Source: Eledone cirrhosa (taxonomy: Eukaryota). From it: a stretch of 64,000 bases of DNA. The number at the start of each line of letters is the position of its first letter. Position 1 is the first letter of the stretch. The notes under the pieces were generated by a model. It ran no database searches and had not been told where the DNA came from. It saw nothing but the letters and a program-made list of their open reading frames with translations. This document shows, piece by piece, positions 13,867 to 33,257 of this stretch. The position numbers and the translations under genes are program-made. The stretch spans positions 171,244,001 through 171,308,000 of the forward strand of contig OZ024740.1 of assembly GCA_964016885.1 (NCBI GenBank), given 5' to 3'.

Positions 13867-15401
13867 ATTTCTTTTATTTGCCACTAGGGCATCAAAGTGG
13901 GACAAGTACAAAGGGGGAGTTTACACAAAAAGGCGTCCTCAATAAGGAGGAGGCAATAACAAAATATAAAAATAAATAAGATATAACAAAAAATAAAATT
14001 ATTTAACAAAATCCTCAATAGAGAGGAGGCGCCTTGGGGGGTCGCACACACCCCCGAAAAAAGTGTGCAACCCTTCTCCTCAGGAGCACAGAGAAGGGGT
14101 GCTCCCTTGGTCTTCATCTTCCTCACCTATAGTCTGATGTAGAGTGAAGGCCCATTCACACGGGCCATTCTCGCCACTTTCACCCATCTTTCATAGAAAC
14201 GGCTGGGGTGCAGCACCTCTCTCTCTCCATCCTGATCCTTCTTCCGAAATGATATCGGAAGAAACGGACCAGTTGTTGGCCAGAGAGAAAGGTGCCCGAC
14301 CTCAGTCCTTTCAGACGCGTCCACCATACAACCTCTTTCGCCATGGCTATTACGCACAGAAACACCGCCTCTGCTTCATCTTTGAAGGGGGGAGGCGGCT
14401 TGATCATTACAATAGACTCGGTGGTCAACCGGATCGGTCCCACCCTTGACAGCAGTTGTTCGACATAGCCCACAGATCGGCTACGCCCGAGCAGTGTACT
14501 AATGCGTGTGCAACGGTTTCCTCGTCGCACACGCATCTGGGACAGATCTTTTTGGCGGGGGTCCCTACCGGGCGCCCGTGTCTGTAGAGCCTTTCTCGAA
14601 CGGGTAAAGCCCCTCGGTAGCACTGCCAGGCCAGGGACTTCTGGAAGTTGTCCATAGGTCCCGGGCTGAATGTCCTACCGAACAGGCTGGCCAGTTCGTC
14701 CTCCTCCATGTCTAGGGCTTCTCCGAGGGCGTCGTCGCACCTGCTGCGTACCAGCCCTCTATAGAATGTTGCGGTGGAGTCTCCACTGATAACCGGATCC
14801 GCCTGCCAGAGGGCGGTGAGCGCCTGGGCACACTCAGTGTGCCAGGCGCCCAGTTTTCTCGGTCTTTGCTTGACCCAGGATTGCAGCTCGGTGAGTGAGA
14901 CGAGTCTGGGAAAGGTTCGTCTCACAAACGAGGCCCACACCGGTTGTCCGGTGAGGAATACGTAGAGGTGCCGTAGCCTTAATGCGTGTTTACGCATCAT
15001 TAGCCACGGCATCCCCAGCCCTCCTTTCGAAGGGTGTTGACAGCAGATGGATCTCCTCACCATAGGAGCCCGCCTCTTCCAAAGGAATTGGAAGAGCGCG
15101 CGCTCCATCTTGGTGAGGGTTTCCCTTGGGCAGGGCACTACGGTCAGGCGGTAGTAGATGACGGACGCTATGTAGGTGTTCGCCACCTCCGCCCGACCTT
15201 TCAGGGATAGTTTGCAACTGGCCCACTTCTGGGTCAGTGCAAACACCCTGTTCGTAACCTCCGCCCAGTTTTTCTCCACCTGGAGGTCCGGTCCGAACCA
15301 GACCCCGAGCAACTTCACCGGGCCCTCCGTCCAGCGTCCGACGACGCTATCGGAGGGCATCGGTCTGCCCCTCCACGTGCCGAGTTGCAAACCGATCGAC
15401 T
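13867..15401 (-). mobile_element. 5'-truncated Tx1/L1-clade LINE (ORF2 C-terminal part plus 3' UTR)
   Basis: ORF 14425-15492 has VKLLGVWFG, KLSLKGRAEVANTYIASVIYY, GGLG and the zinc knuckle CPRCVCDEETVAHALVHC. A frameshifted continuation reads AKEVVWWTR. The AATAAA-containing 3' end is followed by TATAATTAGATA, which also occurs on the other side. Confidence 0.9.
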
Positions 15402-16108
15402 TATAATTAGATAGATATATAATTAGATATGTGTGGGTAGTTGGGTGTGTATCTGTGCGTATGTGTAAATCTATTTCTATCTCACCTGACACTACTTCCT
15501 TAATGATGAATGTTTTCTTAACTGCTCAATGTATCATCCTATGTATACTATAGTATTTCTAATTTATTTACCGTATATCTCAATATTTTCTTTTAGATTC
15601 ACTGGTGTTAAATAAAACTTAACGGGTGGATGTATAAAAATTTGGTTGATAAACACCTAAGCACAGATTTAACACACGGTAACTGGCAATAGAGAGGCAC
15701 ACACACACACACACACAGACACTCACACACACAGATACACATACAAGTACATATCCACCACGAGTACATACAAACAAATACACATACATATATATATATA
15801 CATACAGACAAACAAATATACATACATATAAACACACGTCCGTGCGTGCATAGATACGTGCATACATACATACATACATTCATACGTACAAATATACATG
15901 CATCTAAGCAAACGTACATATAGTATATATATATATAAATTATATATATATACATGTTTACATACATACATATAAACAAGCTTACATATATGTATATATA
16001 TATATATATATGTGTGTGTGTATAAAAGGTAAACAAAAATAACAACACAATCGGTACAGTATATGGAAGGGATATATTAGGTTAACGCTTGATATAGCAG
16101 GAAGAGGG

Positions 16109-16144
16109 TCTTAACGTTTCGGAGGCTAGTCCTTCATCAGAAGA
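16109..16144 (-). ncRNA. Minimal hammerhead ribozyme, same family as 7507-7542 (repeat 16020-16152)
   Basis: Reverse strand: TCTT-CTGATGA-aGGA ctagcc TCC-GAA-ACGT-T-AAGA. Confidence 0.75.
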
Positions 16145-16265
16145 AAGAATGAGAAATAAGATAGATTGAGGGCACGGGCGAGATGGAATTGGAAAAAAAT
16201 GTCTTCAGATAAAAATAACAGGTCCATTTATGTTGACATCTCTTGCAAATATATATATATACATA

Positions 16266-16308
<43 letters not shown>

Positions 16309-16391
16309 ATAATAATAAATTTGAAGACTAAAATCCAAAGAGGGCTCGATAAGGATAAATATATATCAAATATATAAGAACCGTAGAGCAA

Positions 16392-16553
16392 ATATTTATT
16401 AAAATAACAGATTAAAGTTTAATCTCCGGTTGCAACGTTTTTTGTAATATTCACTTCTGCGTTCACAGATTGACTTCGTTAGTCTCAGAAGATCCGTTAA
16501 GGGTGAAAGCAGCGATTCTTTGCTTAAACTTTAATCTGTTATTTTAATAAATA
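16392..16553. repeat. Short element with ~31-bp inverted repeats
   Basis: ATATTTATTAAAATAACAGATTAAAGTTTAA ... TTAAACTTTAATCTGTTATTTTAATAAATAT. The spacer has a degenerate CAGAAGA-TCC..GGG-tGAAA. Confidence 0.7.
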
Positions 16554-16866
16554 TCTATCTATATATATATATATATACATACATGCAAACATACATTCGT
16601 ACGTACATACATACGTACATACATACATACATGCATACATATATGTACGCGCGTGTTGAGTTGGTGAAACTTCGAAGTATGCAGTCTCTACAGACGTTGT
16701 AATAGATATCATTTCAACTTGTAAACAGTATCTGAGTCCCTCATTCGGTGCATATTCAATGTATTTCAATACACAAACCTATAAAACAAGCAGATGCACT
16801 GTGTGTGTTTGTATATATATTTATATATATATATATAATTATGTAATAAATAACATAAGACAATTA

Positions 16867-16919
16867 TTCCATTTACCAAAGGTTTCGCGAGACGTCTGAA
16901 ATCGCTCATCAGAATGAAA
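16867..16919 (-). ncRNA. Canonical type I hammerhead ribozyme
   Basis: Reverse strand: TTTCATT-CTGATGA-GCGA tttcagacgtc TCGC-GAA-ACC ttt GGT-A-AATGGAA. All three stems form, with a GUA cleavage triplet. Confidence 0.85.
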
Positions 16920-17752
16920 ATTTAATATGGACGTAAGATATGAATTTAAAAACAAAGGCTATTACAATTGAAAGCGAAGCAGATATATTATAAAATAAAG
17001 ATAAGAAATAGAATAAAATAACGGGGAAAATATACACACTGAAGCAGAACGTAAGGTTATGGGGTAAAAATAAATATATATATATATTATATATATATAT
17101 ACACATATATATACCTACCACACACTACATATATATATATATACTCACACACATACATACACATAAACATACGTACATACATTCACATACATGCATAATG
17201 GCTGCCCCCTCGTTATCAAGTATGGCCATTGCACGATATACCATTATTAATTAATTCTATCGTGCAATGCCTGTGCGTGAAGATATTTTTTAAAGTGAGG
17301 AAAGACTGTGCACTCAGCCAATCCCACTCTCTGAGCGACAGTAGCTATAACCCGAAAAGAAGAAAAGATCAATATCATCGGTAACTACTGGGCCGCAGGT
17401 TTTATATCGGAGTTATCCAGTTTCCCTGAATTGCCTTCTCCTAGAAGAATGCGCTGACAAAGGCTAGGGGTCCTTCACTCCCAATGGTTTAACCGCGCGA
17501 TCGTGTGTCCAGCCCGACTATTTCTATGTCCCCGGCGCATATACATACACATATACATATATACATATATACATACATACACACGTACATATACTCATAC
17601 ATACACACATACATACACACATACATACACACATACACATATGCATATATATATATATATTATAAGCAATGAGTTATTTAATTTGTTGGTTATTCAACAA
17701 ATTTAGTTTATAACAGATTCGAAGCACTCTACAGTATTTCTTTGGGAGTAAA

Positions 17753-18041
17753 ATATCAATAATATTAATAAAGTGAAACTATCTTTATAAAACCATATTT
17801 ATTTTATTATATATATTTCAAGGGTACCAACATTTTTGGTACGCTCTCATCAGATAAAATATAAAATTCAAACAGAACTTAAAACGATAAGTTCTTGTTT
17901 TTAATATGTCCACTAACTGTAAAACAACTTTTATATTTTATCTGATGAGCGCGTACCAAAAATGTTGGTGCCCTTGAAATATACATAATAAAATAAATAT
18001 CGTTTTATAAAGATAGTTTCCATTTATTAATATTATTGTTG

Positions 18042-18043
<2 letters not shown>
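17753..18043. repeat. Inverted repeat (~110-bp arms, ~62-bp spacer) with an HHR-like motif in each arm; relative of 2423-2790
   Basis: CTGATGA-gcgcGTACCAA aaatg TTGGTGCcctt-GAAA at 17942-17979 (+), with its mirror at ~17816-17853 (-). Confidence 0.8.
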
Positions 18044-18101
<58 letters not shown>

Positions 18102-18509
18102 TTCCATTTACATACTCTTATGTAATTATATGTATTTTTTGTACTCCAATGTGTTTATGTACGAGTTGCGCGCGTCTGACTGTGAAATCCTTTTCTCGCT
18201 CACATTTCACAGGGTCTGGACGAGTCTTTCTCTTCTCGTCCACGATTTGCTCGAACTTAAGTTCACAGATATCACGGACTTCTTTCTCATCTTCCTCTCT
18301 TTCCGTTGCATTACCATCTCTGTTTGTTTACATGTCTCGCTTTCTCCACCCAATTCTACTTGTCCCAATAACTTTTTTTAGTTATTGCTCGCACCAGCCT
18401 GAGGTATATGGTCTTTAATGCGAAGAAATACCGATGATGGCTGGAAGATCACTGATGACGGACAGTCTTGTCTTCTTGCTCTAATTTTATTCATATATAT
18501 ATATGTATA

Positions 18510-18850
18510 TGTGTATGTGTGTATGTACGTGTGTATGTATGTGTGTACGTATGTTTATGTGTATGTATGTGTGTGAGTATATGTATATATGTGTGTGGGT
18601 AGGTATATATATGCATGTATATATATATATATTTACCCCATAACCTTACGTTCTGCTTCAGTGTGTATATTTTTCCTGTTATTTTATTTTATTTCTTATC
18701 TTTATTTTATCATATTTCAGCCTCGCTTTCAATTGTAATAGCCTTTGTTTTTAAATTCATATTTTACGTCCATATTAAATTTTCATTGAGCTCCTCTGTC
18801 TTCGTGAAACCTTTGGTAAATGGAATACTTGTCTTATGCTGTTTATTACT
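18510..18850 (+). repeat. Inverted copy of 16845-17190 with a damaged HHR core
   Basis: TTTACCCCATAACCTTACGTTCTGCTTCAGTG...GAAACCTTTGGTAAATGGAATA matches the reverse complement of 16860-17070. CTGATGA is lost. Confidence 0.8.
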
Positions 18851-19668
18851 GTAGCATACACTAGAGCACTCTCCTTTCCTTTACCCCTTCCTACAGAAAT
18901 ACTTCATATATATAGAGAGAGAGAGATGGGGAGAGGGGGAGAGAGAGCGAGAACGAGAGCGAGAGAGCGCGCGAAAGTAAGAGGGAAAATGACACATTTG
19001 CAGTTTGTTATGAAACTTTATTGCATGTTACAACTGTTTCGATATCGATCAGCTCGGAGTTGATCAAGCGATCGGATCCCGACTCTTAATCGTCACCCCC
19101 TTCATATATGCGAGTTATATGGGTGGTCCCATCCACGAGTAACTCACATAATAACATATATATATAAATATATATGTGTATATATATACAACAGGAGGAA
19201 CATAATAGTACCACTGATGATGTTGCAGATGTGCAACGAAAGAACTGTTAGACAATATATATGTGTTTATATCTGTATTATTATATATATGTGTTTATAT
19301 CTGTGGAGATATAAAAGATACAGAAGCGAAAACCAACCAAACAGTGAATGTGTTCTGTTATTATTTCTGGCAATATTATTACAACAATATGACCCTCCCC
19401 AAGTATAACAATATGTGTGTATATATATATATATATATTATATATATATATATATATATAAATGTAAGTATGTATACATAAATACATATATGTATACAGA
19501 CGTACAGTAGTATGTATATATATACATACATGCACACATATATATATGTACGTATGGGTTTACCGAACATTTATTATAATGTTCGGTTTGTTTGTAAACA
19601 AACAGCCCTAATTAAGCCGTACAGTGTTCGGCAACCATCGTCGCCCAATGTTAAACACTGACAAAAAA

Positions 19669-19711
19669 ACGATGAACTAGTTTCAAGCTTATCAGCTATC
19701 GTCAGCATCGT
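19669..19711 (-). ncRNA. Minimal type I hammerhead ribozyme within repeat 19460-19820
   Basis: Reverse strand: ACGATG-CTGACGA-tAGCT gata AGCTt-GAAA-CTAG-TT-CATCGT, with a perfect 6-bp stem I. Confidence 0.8.
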
Positions 19712-19993
19712 ATACCTTCCTGTCATATGATTGAACGTTTGAAAGTATATACTTTCTTTATGCATATTAACGGATCAGCCGTACTAAGAGTGAGAAATGA
19801 AATTTCATTTCATACTTTTCCATTTATATATATATATATATATATCCGTATGAGGCTGATGAACATGAACATGAGTACTCAATATCGAAGTAGAGTTTAA
19901 TACTATTCTTTATGAGATAGGATATGTCTGATAAGCATTTAGCCATAATAATGAATACGTATATATGTATGTCTTTCTTCCGATAGCTTCGTT

Positions 19994-20033
<40 letters not shown>

Positions 20034-20036
<3 letters not shown>

Positions 20037-20198
20037 TATTATTCAGGCTAAAAGTAAGTCTTGTTACTCTGGAGTTTCCCGTGTTTATCACAGGGCGAAA
20101 CTCCAAAGGACTCACTTTTTAGCCTTAATAATATTGAATATTAAAACCCTACTTCCCTATTGAGTACTTTTTTCTCTCATCTATCAACCAAATATGGA
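20034..20198 (+). mobile_element. Imperfect fold-back hairpin element plus ATTGAGTAC tail
   Basis: CAGTATTATTCAGGCTAAAAGT...GGAGTTTC-stem-loop-GAAACTCC...ACTTTTTAGCCTTAATAATATTG, followed by a tail with CTAC...ATTGAGTAC. Confidence 0.6.
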
Positions 20199-20359
20199 TA
20201 TATATATATATCCTTTTTTCTCTTTTAGTATGTTTTTTTACAATCCAACATCTGGCAGACGCCTAGTTATAACGAACACCGAAGCTAAATCAGAGACAGA
20301 AACTATGATATATATGTATACGCGTGTGTGTGTGTGTGTGTTTTCATACATATAAATAT

Positions 20360-22494
<2,135 letters not shown>

Positions 22495-23470
22495 GTATAT
22501 ATATATATACGTAATACATATTTATATGTTTGTGTGTGTAGTTTGTGTGAATGCATGCCTGTGGCAGAGAGTTGAAATATTAGTGGATGTATGTGTAATT
22601 GTTCGATTCTCTACTACGATTGCTTAGTATCGGATATACATCAAATAAACAGATGTTTTTGTTTGATTTTGTTGTTATATTTTTTTCTATTTGCAAAGGG
22701 TCCGGCCTTGTATTTAGTTTAGCTAAGTCAGTGTCAATGCTTAAGCTAGCCAGCCTTAAGGAAACTTTAAGTTAAACCACTAATGATTTATATGGATAGC
22801 ACTAGAAAACAAGCAAGCCATTGAAATTTCATTCATTCAGGTCATGCATTCAATAATATCTCCCTTGACGGTGAGATATTTAGATATACGTCTGATAGAG
22901 CAACAGAAGTCATTGGAGCGTCGTGTCTGACTCGGAATGTCATCCTAAAGAGAATTATGGAATATTAGGTGTAAAAAAAATAAACTCAATCAAGATCTCT
23001 AGATCTATACAAAACTTGTAAAAAAAAAGTGTTACTGATATCGTTCGATGTACATTAGTCATATTACTGAAATTGTGGGCCAAAGATGTTCATGTTAATC
23101 TACGGTAAGGTTTTTTGTATGTATAAGTGTATATAAGCTTCTATTTATTTGTCGATCTATCTATCAATCTATCAGTCTATCTATCTATTTAATTATCTAT
23201 CTATCTATCTAATTATTTGTCCCTTCTTTTGTGCCCCTGTGGCTAATAAAGAAACATATCTAATTATCTATATATCTATCTATCTATCTAATTGTCCCCC
23301 CTGCGTCGGGCCCATTAACCGCGTCCTCCTAAAAAACTATCCCACCCCCTCCCCAAACACCCTCACAACTCCAAGCTCCCCAACCACACAACACACTGAT
23401 GCCCCCACACTTCCACAAACCACCACCCCACCCAACAACCCATCCCCCACCCTAATGGAAATTGTGCAGC

Positions 23471-23670
23471 NNNNNNNNNNNNNNNNNNNNNNNNNNNNNN
23501 NNNNNNNNNNNNNNNNNNNNNNNNNNNNNNNNNNNNNNNNNNNNNNNNNNNNNNNNNNNNNNNNNNNNNNNNNNNNNNNNNNNNNNNNNNNNNNNNNNNN
23601 NNNNNNNNNNNNNNNNNNNNNNNNNNNNNNNNNNNNNNNNNNNNNNNNNNNNNNNNNNNNNNNNNNNNNN
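23471..23670. other. Assembly gap (200 N)
   Basis: Run of n. Confidence 1.
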
Positions 23671-27120
<3,450 letters not shown>

Positions 27121-27497
27121 TCATCATCATCATCATCATTTTACGTCCGCTTTTCCCTGCTTGCAAGGGTGGGACGGGTCTTATTCAGCACAGCATCTCT
27201 CCACTCGTCACGGTCCCTCGTCATCTCCACCGTGTGCTTCAATGATCTGAGGTCTGTTCTCACCACCTCCGCCCATGTTTTTCGTGGTCTACCTCTACCA
27301 CGTCTTCCTTCAACTGGCATTTCCTGGCACTTCTTCACCCTCGGTCCATCCTCCATGCGCATCACATGTCCATACCACCTCAGTCTCCTCTCCCGTACAC
27401 TACATTCAATCCCTCTCAGACACAGTTTCTCTCTCAACACATTTATGCTGGGTCGTTCACGCACATTTACACTGCACATCCAACGGAGCATGCTTGC
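27121..27497 (-). mobile_element. RTE-clade LINE 3' fragment
   Basis: MLRWMC...RERRLRWYGHVMRME...GRRGRGRPRKTW, with an (ATG)n tail. Confidence 0.9.
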
Positions 27498-27700
27498 TAT
27501 ATATTATTATATATATATATTATATATATATTATATACATATTATATATATATATTATATATATATTATATATATTATATATATTATTATATATATATTA
27601 TATATATATTATATATATTATATATATTATATATATATATTATATATATATATTATTTATATATTATATATATATTATATATTATATATATATATATATT

Positions 27701-27889
27701 ATACAATAGTAATAAATGGAAACTATAATTATAAAACCATATTTATTTCATTATACATATTTCAGGGATACCACATTAAATTATGGTATGCCTTCATCAG
27801 ACAAAATACAACATATAACAGTTTTACAAATAAGCTTTGACGTTCCTATTAAAATGCAACCATTGTTTTTGGAAACCATCCGGATAGTT
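27701..27889 (-). repeat. Single-arm copy of the 2423-2790 palindrome, with the HHR-like motif on the minus strand
   Basis: High similarity to 2425-2610. It ends just past the ATCCGGAT centre. Confidence 0.85.
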
Positions 27890-27909
27890 TATATATGTAT
27901 ATTATATAT

Positions 27910-30888
27910 CATCATCATCATCATCAGGTTTAGCGTCCGTGTTCCACGCTTGCATGGGTTTGGACGGGGGTTTTCCCACTTGAGGCAAGAGAGGTTGTCT
28001 TGCTCGCATAGGACTGTCTGGCGGGTTTTCTACAGTTGGATGCCCTTCCTAACACCAACCACATTTACAGTGTGGGGCTGGGAGGTTTTTACCGTGTTGC
28101 CTACACAGCCACATTACAGCGTGGACTGTCTGGCGGGTTTTCTACAGCTGGATGCCCTTCCTAACACCAACCACATTTACAGTGTGGGGCTGGGAGGTTT
28201 TTACCGTGTTGCCTACACGGCCACATTTACAGCGTGGACTGTGTGTTTTTTTTTGTCGTGACACCTACACGATTCATTTGTTTCGGCCTGGATGTTGTCG
28301 GACCAACATAACTTTACATTGAAAGGGGCGGTGTGGATGGGGTGGAGGTGGTGGGACGGGGGGTGTGTTTTGATAGAGATGCCTACTGACTGTAGTAGGA
28401 TTTTACTTTGTATTTAGGTAAGGCGGGTCTTCTCTATTTCTGAGTACCGCCAAAGGTCTCGGTCCAGTGACATTGTCTTGGAGAGGTGTAAGCGTGTGAG
28501 GTCGGAATTTATCAGCTCGTCCCATGTTTTTCTGGGTCTGCCTACTCCGTGGCTACCGTCTATCTTTATTGCCCTGCACTTTGTTATACAGCTGTCGTCT
28601 TTCATGCGCATCACGTGACCGTACCAACGTAGCCTTCTCTCGAGTAAACAACATCTGATCCCTCTTATTTCTAATTTTTTCCTTAGTTCGTTTATGCTTT
28701 GCCGTTCACGTATATTACTATTGCACATCCAGCGGAGCATGCAAGCTTCGTTCCTCTCTAGTCTGCGTATATACTCTGCACACAATGCCCAGGTCTCACT
28801 GCCATGCAGCATTGCTGTTCGTATGCAGGCATCGTATAACCTGCCTTTCATTTTTAGGGAGAACCCTCTAGCGGCTAATAGTGGTATAAGCTCTCTGAAC
28901 TTTTTCCATCCAGTTCTGACTCTAGCTACTGTACTTTCAGAGCACCCTCCCCCACTGCTGATTTTGTCACCCAGGTAACGGAAGCTGTCCACTATTTCTC
29001 TAGAACCCTCTGCGCAGTTGAAGGAGCTAGTATTTTGTGGGCACTTGCTGCTACTTATTGCACCAGAGCACCGGCCACATGTAAAATCTATGTTCTTAGT
29101 TAGCTTACCTGTGATCCCACTACATCTTTTATGCACCCATACTTTGCATTTGGGACATAAAATGGAGTTTTCTACCTACGCCTTTCCTACACACTGAGCA
29201 TGGCCATTTCCCAGATGGGACCGCCGCCTTATTTTCTTTCCTACAAACTAGAACTTTAGTCTTAGCCAGGTTAATTTTAAGGCCTTTTGATTCTAGGCCG
29301 TGCTTCCATGTTTGGAATTTCTTCTCTAGTTCGGTCATTGATTCAGCTATGAGCGTTAGATCATCTGCGTATAGGAGTTCCCATGGGCAGCGGTCTTGAA
29401 CTCCTCTGTTATAGCCTGAAGGGCAATAATAAATAGTAGGGGGCTAAGAACAGAGCCCTGATGGACACCAACTTTTACGCTAAACTCTTCACTATATTCG
29501 TTGTTAATTCTAACCTTACTGACTGTTTCTTTATACATGGCTTGTATAGCACTCACAAGCCATTCGTCAACACCTAGTTTTCTAAGAGACCACCAGATAA
29601 TGGAACGGGGGACTCTGTCGAAGGCTTTCTCCAAGTCGACGAAAGCTAAGTATAGGGGTTTACTTTTAGCTAGGTACTTCTCCTGTAGTTGTCGTACAAT
29701 GAAAAGAGCGTCTGTGGTACTTTTGCCTGACACAAACCCGAACTGCATTTCATCTATATCAATTCTCTCTCTGATTAGTTGCGCTATTACTTTTTCCGTG
29801 ACCTTCATGACCTGGTGGATTAATTTAATGCCTCTATAGTTACTCCTATCTAGGGCATCTCCTTTTCCCTTATAGCAGTTAACGATGATGCTGCTACGCC
29901 AGTCCTTCAGAACAACCCCATTCTGTACGACTTGGTTAACTATCCGGGTGACCATGGTGTGTCCCACCGAACCAGATGCCTTCAGCATCTCAGCAACTAT
30001 TTCCGAAGGACCAGCCGCCTTACCCGTCTTCATATCTTTGATTGCCTTGCTTATTGTACTACCCTGGACTAACACTGCTGGTCCCTCTATTGGGTCGATA
30101 TGGGGGAGACTGTCTTTCTCCCATTTGTTCTCCTCATTTAGAAGCCTTTCGTAGTGACACTTCCAAGCTACCTTCTTATCAGCGTCGGTGATGGCAAGTA
30201 TGCCATCATCGTTAAGTACACACTTCTCCCCGACAATATCACGGTTTTCCTTGACACATTGCCTGGCAATCCTGAACACCTCACGTTTTTGGTCCTCACG
30301 TTGTAGAACATGCTTGAACTTTCTTTCCTCTGCTTCCCTTCTTGCGAAGTACACTTGTCTCCTAGCTTCCCTCCTGGCCTCTTGATAGTCTTCTCTACTT
30401 CCCCCATCCCACCATACTTTCCAAGCCTGCTTTTTGGCCTTAATTGACTCCTCCACCTTACTGTTCCACCACCATGTTACTCTCTCCTACCTACAGGCCT
30501 GCTCCAGCCACAGACTTCGTCTGCCGCCGTCAGCAGGTTTGCTCTCAGGAATTCCACTGTTCCTCTATATTATACGACTCTAATTGCTCTTCTTACTGTC
30601 GAAAGCGTCAAGTAATATGCTTTGAAATTTATTTCTGGCTATGGGGTCCTTTAGCTTCCATATTTTTCTCCTGAGGATAGTCCTCTTCCGCTGTCTAGTG
30701 CGTCTCGTCCTGACTATGAGGGTCGCTAATTATCAGTCTATGTTGGGAGGTGAATTCTTCATGGGGGAGGGATTTAGTGTTAACAACAGACACTCTGTTG
30801 TCACGTCTTCTGGTAAGGATATAATCTACCTGGCTTGTATGTTCCCCCGATCTATAGGTGATCAAGTGATTGTCTCGTTTTTTGAAGT
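27910..30888 (-). mobile_element. 5'-truncated RTE (BovB-like) LINE with a frameshifted RT ORF
   Basis: ORFs 29356-30456 (KGKGDALDRSNYRGIKL, QFGF, AFVDLEKAFDRVPR, GVHQGSVLSPLLF), 29129-29338 and 28414-29136 (PHD-like Cys motif, FRYLGD, RRLRWYGHV). The 3' UTR is about 500 bp, with an (ATG)n tail. Confidence 0.95.
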
Positions 30889-31275
30889 TATATATATATA
30901 TTATATATATATATATTATATATATATATTATATATATATATTATATATATATTATATATTATATATATATATTATATATATATATATTATATATATTAT
31001 ATATATATTATATATATATTATTTATATATTATATATATATTATATATATTATATATAATTTATATATTATATATATATTATTTATATATTATATATATA
31101 TATATTATATATATATTATTTATATATTATATATATATATATTATATATATATTATTTATATATTATATATATATTATATCATCATCATCATCGTTTAAC
31201 GTCCATGTACCACGCTTGCAATATTATATATATATTATATATATTATATATATATTATATATATATATTATATGT

Positions 31276-31307
<32 letters not shown>

Positions 31308-31837
31308 ATATATTATATATATATTATATATTATATATATATATTATATCATCATCATCATCGTTTAACGTCCATGTACCACGCTTGCAATATTATATAT
31401 ATATTATATATATATATTATATATATATATTATGTTATATATATATATATATATTATATATATATATATATTATATATATATATATATTATATATATATT
31501 ATATATATATATATATTATATATATATTATATATTATATATATATTTTATATATATTATATATATGTATTATATATATATTATTTATATATAAATTATAT
31601 ATATATATTATATATAAATTATATATTATATATATATATATTATATATATATTATATATTATATATATTATATATATATATTATATATTATATATATTAT
31701 ATATATATATTATATATTATATATATATATATTATATATCTATTATATATTATATATATATATATAATATATATTATATATATATATTATATATCTATTA
31801 TATATAATATATATTATATTATATATTATATATATAT

Positions 31838-31868
<31 letters not shown>

Positions 31869-31992
31869 ATATATATATTATATTATATATTATATATATA
31901 TTATATATATATTATATATATATATATATATTATATATATTATATATATATATATATAATATATATATTATATATATTATATATATATATAT

Positions 31993-32024
<32 letters not shown>

Positions 32025-32287
32025 ATATTATATATATATATTATATATATATATATTATATATATATATATTATATATATATATATTATATATATATATT
32101 ATATATATATATATTATATATATATATATTATATATATATATATTATATATATATTATATATATATATATTATATATATATTATATATTATATATATATT
32201 ATATATTATATATATATTATATATATATATTATATATATATTATATATATATATTATATATATATTATATATATATATTATATATAT

Positions 32288-32319
<32 letters not shown>

Positions 32320-32432
32320 ATATATTATATATATATATATTATATATATATATATTATATATTATATATATATTATATATATATATATTATATATATATA
32401 TATTATATATTATATATATATTATATATATAT

Positions 32433-32463
<31 letters not shown>

Positions 32464-32561
32464 CTATATTATATATATATATATTATATATATATTCTAT
32501 ATTATATATATATATATTATATATATATATATTATATATTATATATATATTATATATATAT

Positions 32562-32592
<31 letters not shown>

Positions 32593-32797
32593 CTATATTA
32601 TATATATATATATTATATATATATTCTATATTATTTATATATTATATTATATTATATATTATATATTATATATATATTATATATATATTATATATTATAT
32701 TATATTATATATATTATATTATATATATTATATTATATATATTATATAGATCATATATATATATATTATATATATTATATATATATTATATGTATAT

Positions 32798-32800
<3 letters not shown>
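30889..32800. repeat. Degenerate (TA)n tract with two ~40-bp RTE tail stubs (31181-31220, 31350-31390)
   Basis: CATCATCATCATCGTTTAACGTCCATGTACCACGCTTGCA occurs twice. Confidence 0.85.
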
Positions 32801-32828
<28 letters not shown>

Positions 32829-33193
32829 CCGCTTTGTACTCAGAAACTGGCACCCACGAAACCATATATTTGTAACATCACCGGACAGGTGATGGCAATC
32901 TTTTTTTTTTTTTTAAGTACAGAGTTACTATTTCTTATCTTTATTAAAATTTATTGTTTATATTGCTGTATTCATGTTGAAAAACCTGGCCTGGCCATTT
33001 TGTCTTGCAATAAAAAAAAAATGCAAACGCACAGATACGTATATAAAAACAAACACACACAACTACTAGGCAGATGCACACATTAAACACGTCTAAACGC
33101 GAATAACGTGATAATGAATGGGGGATGGTTTGGTAAGAGTCAAAAAGAAATACTCGTTCTAAGATTCGATACACATATAAGTATATGTCCCCC

Positions 33194-33257
<64 letters not shown>

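Noticed and set aside
18452-18480. CTGATGA followed by a hairpin (GGACA gtct TGTCT)
   Set aside because: No GAAA follows the stem, so it is not a supportable hammerhead.
28414-30456. Intact, active reverse transcriptase gene
   Set aside because: It is split by frameshifts (the YADD region lies at a frameshift) and lacks the 5' endonuclease domain.
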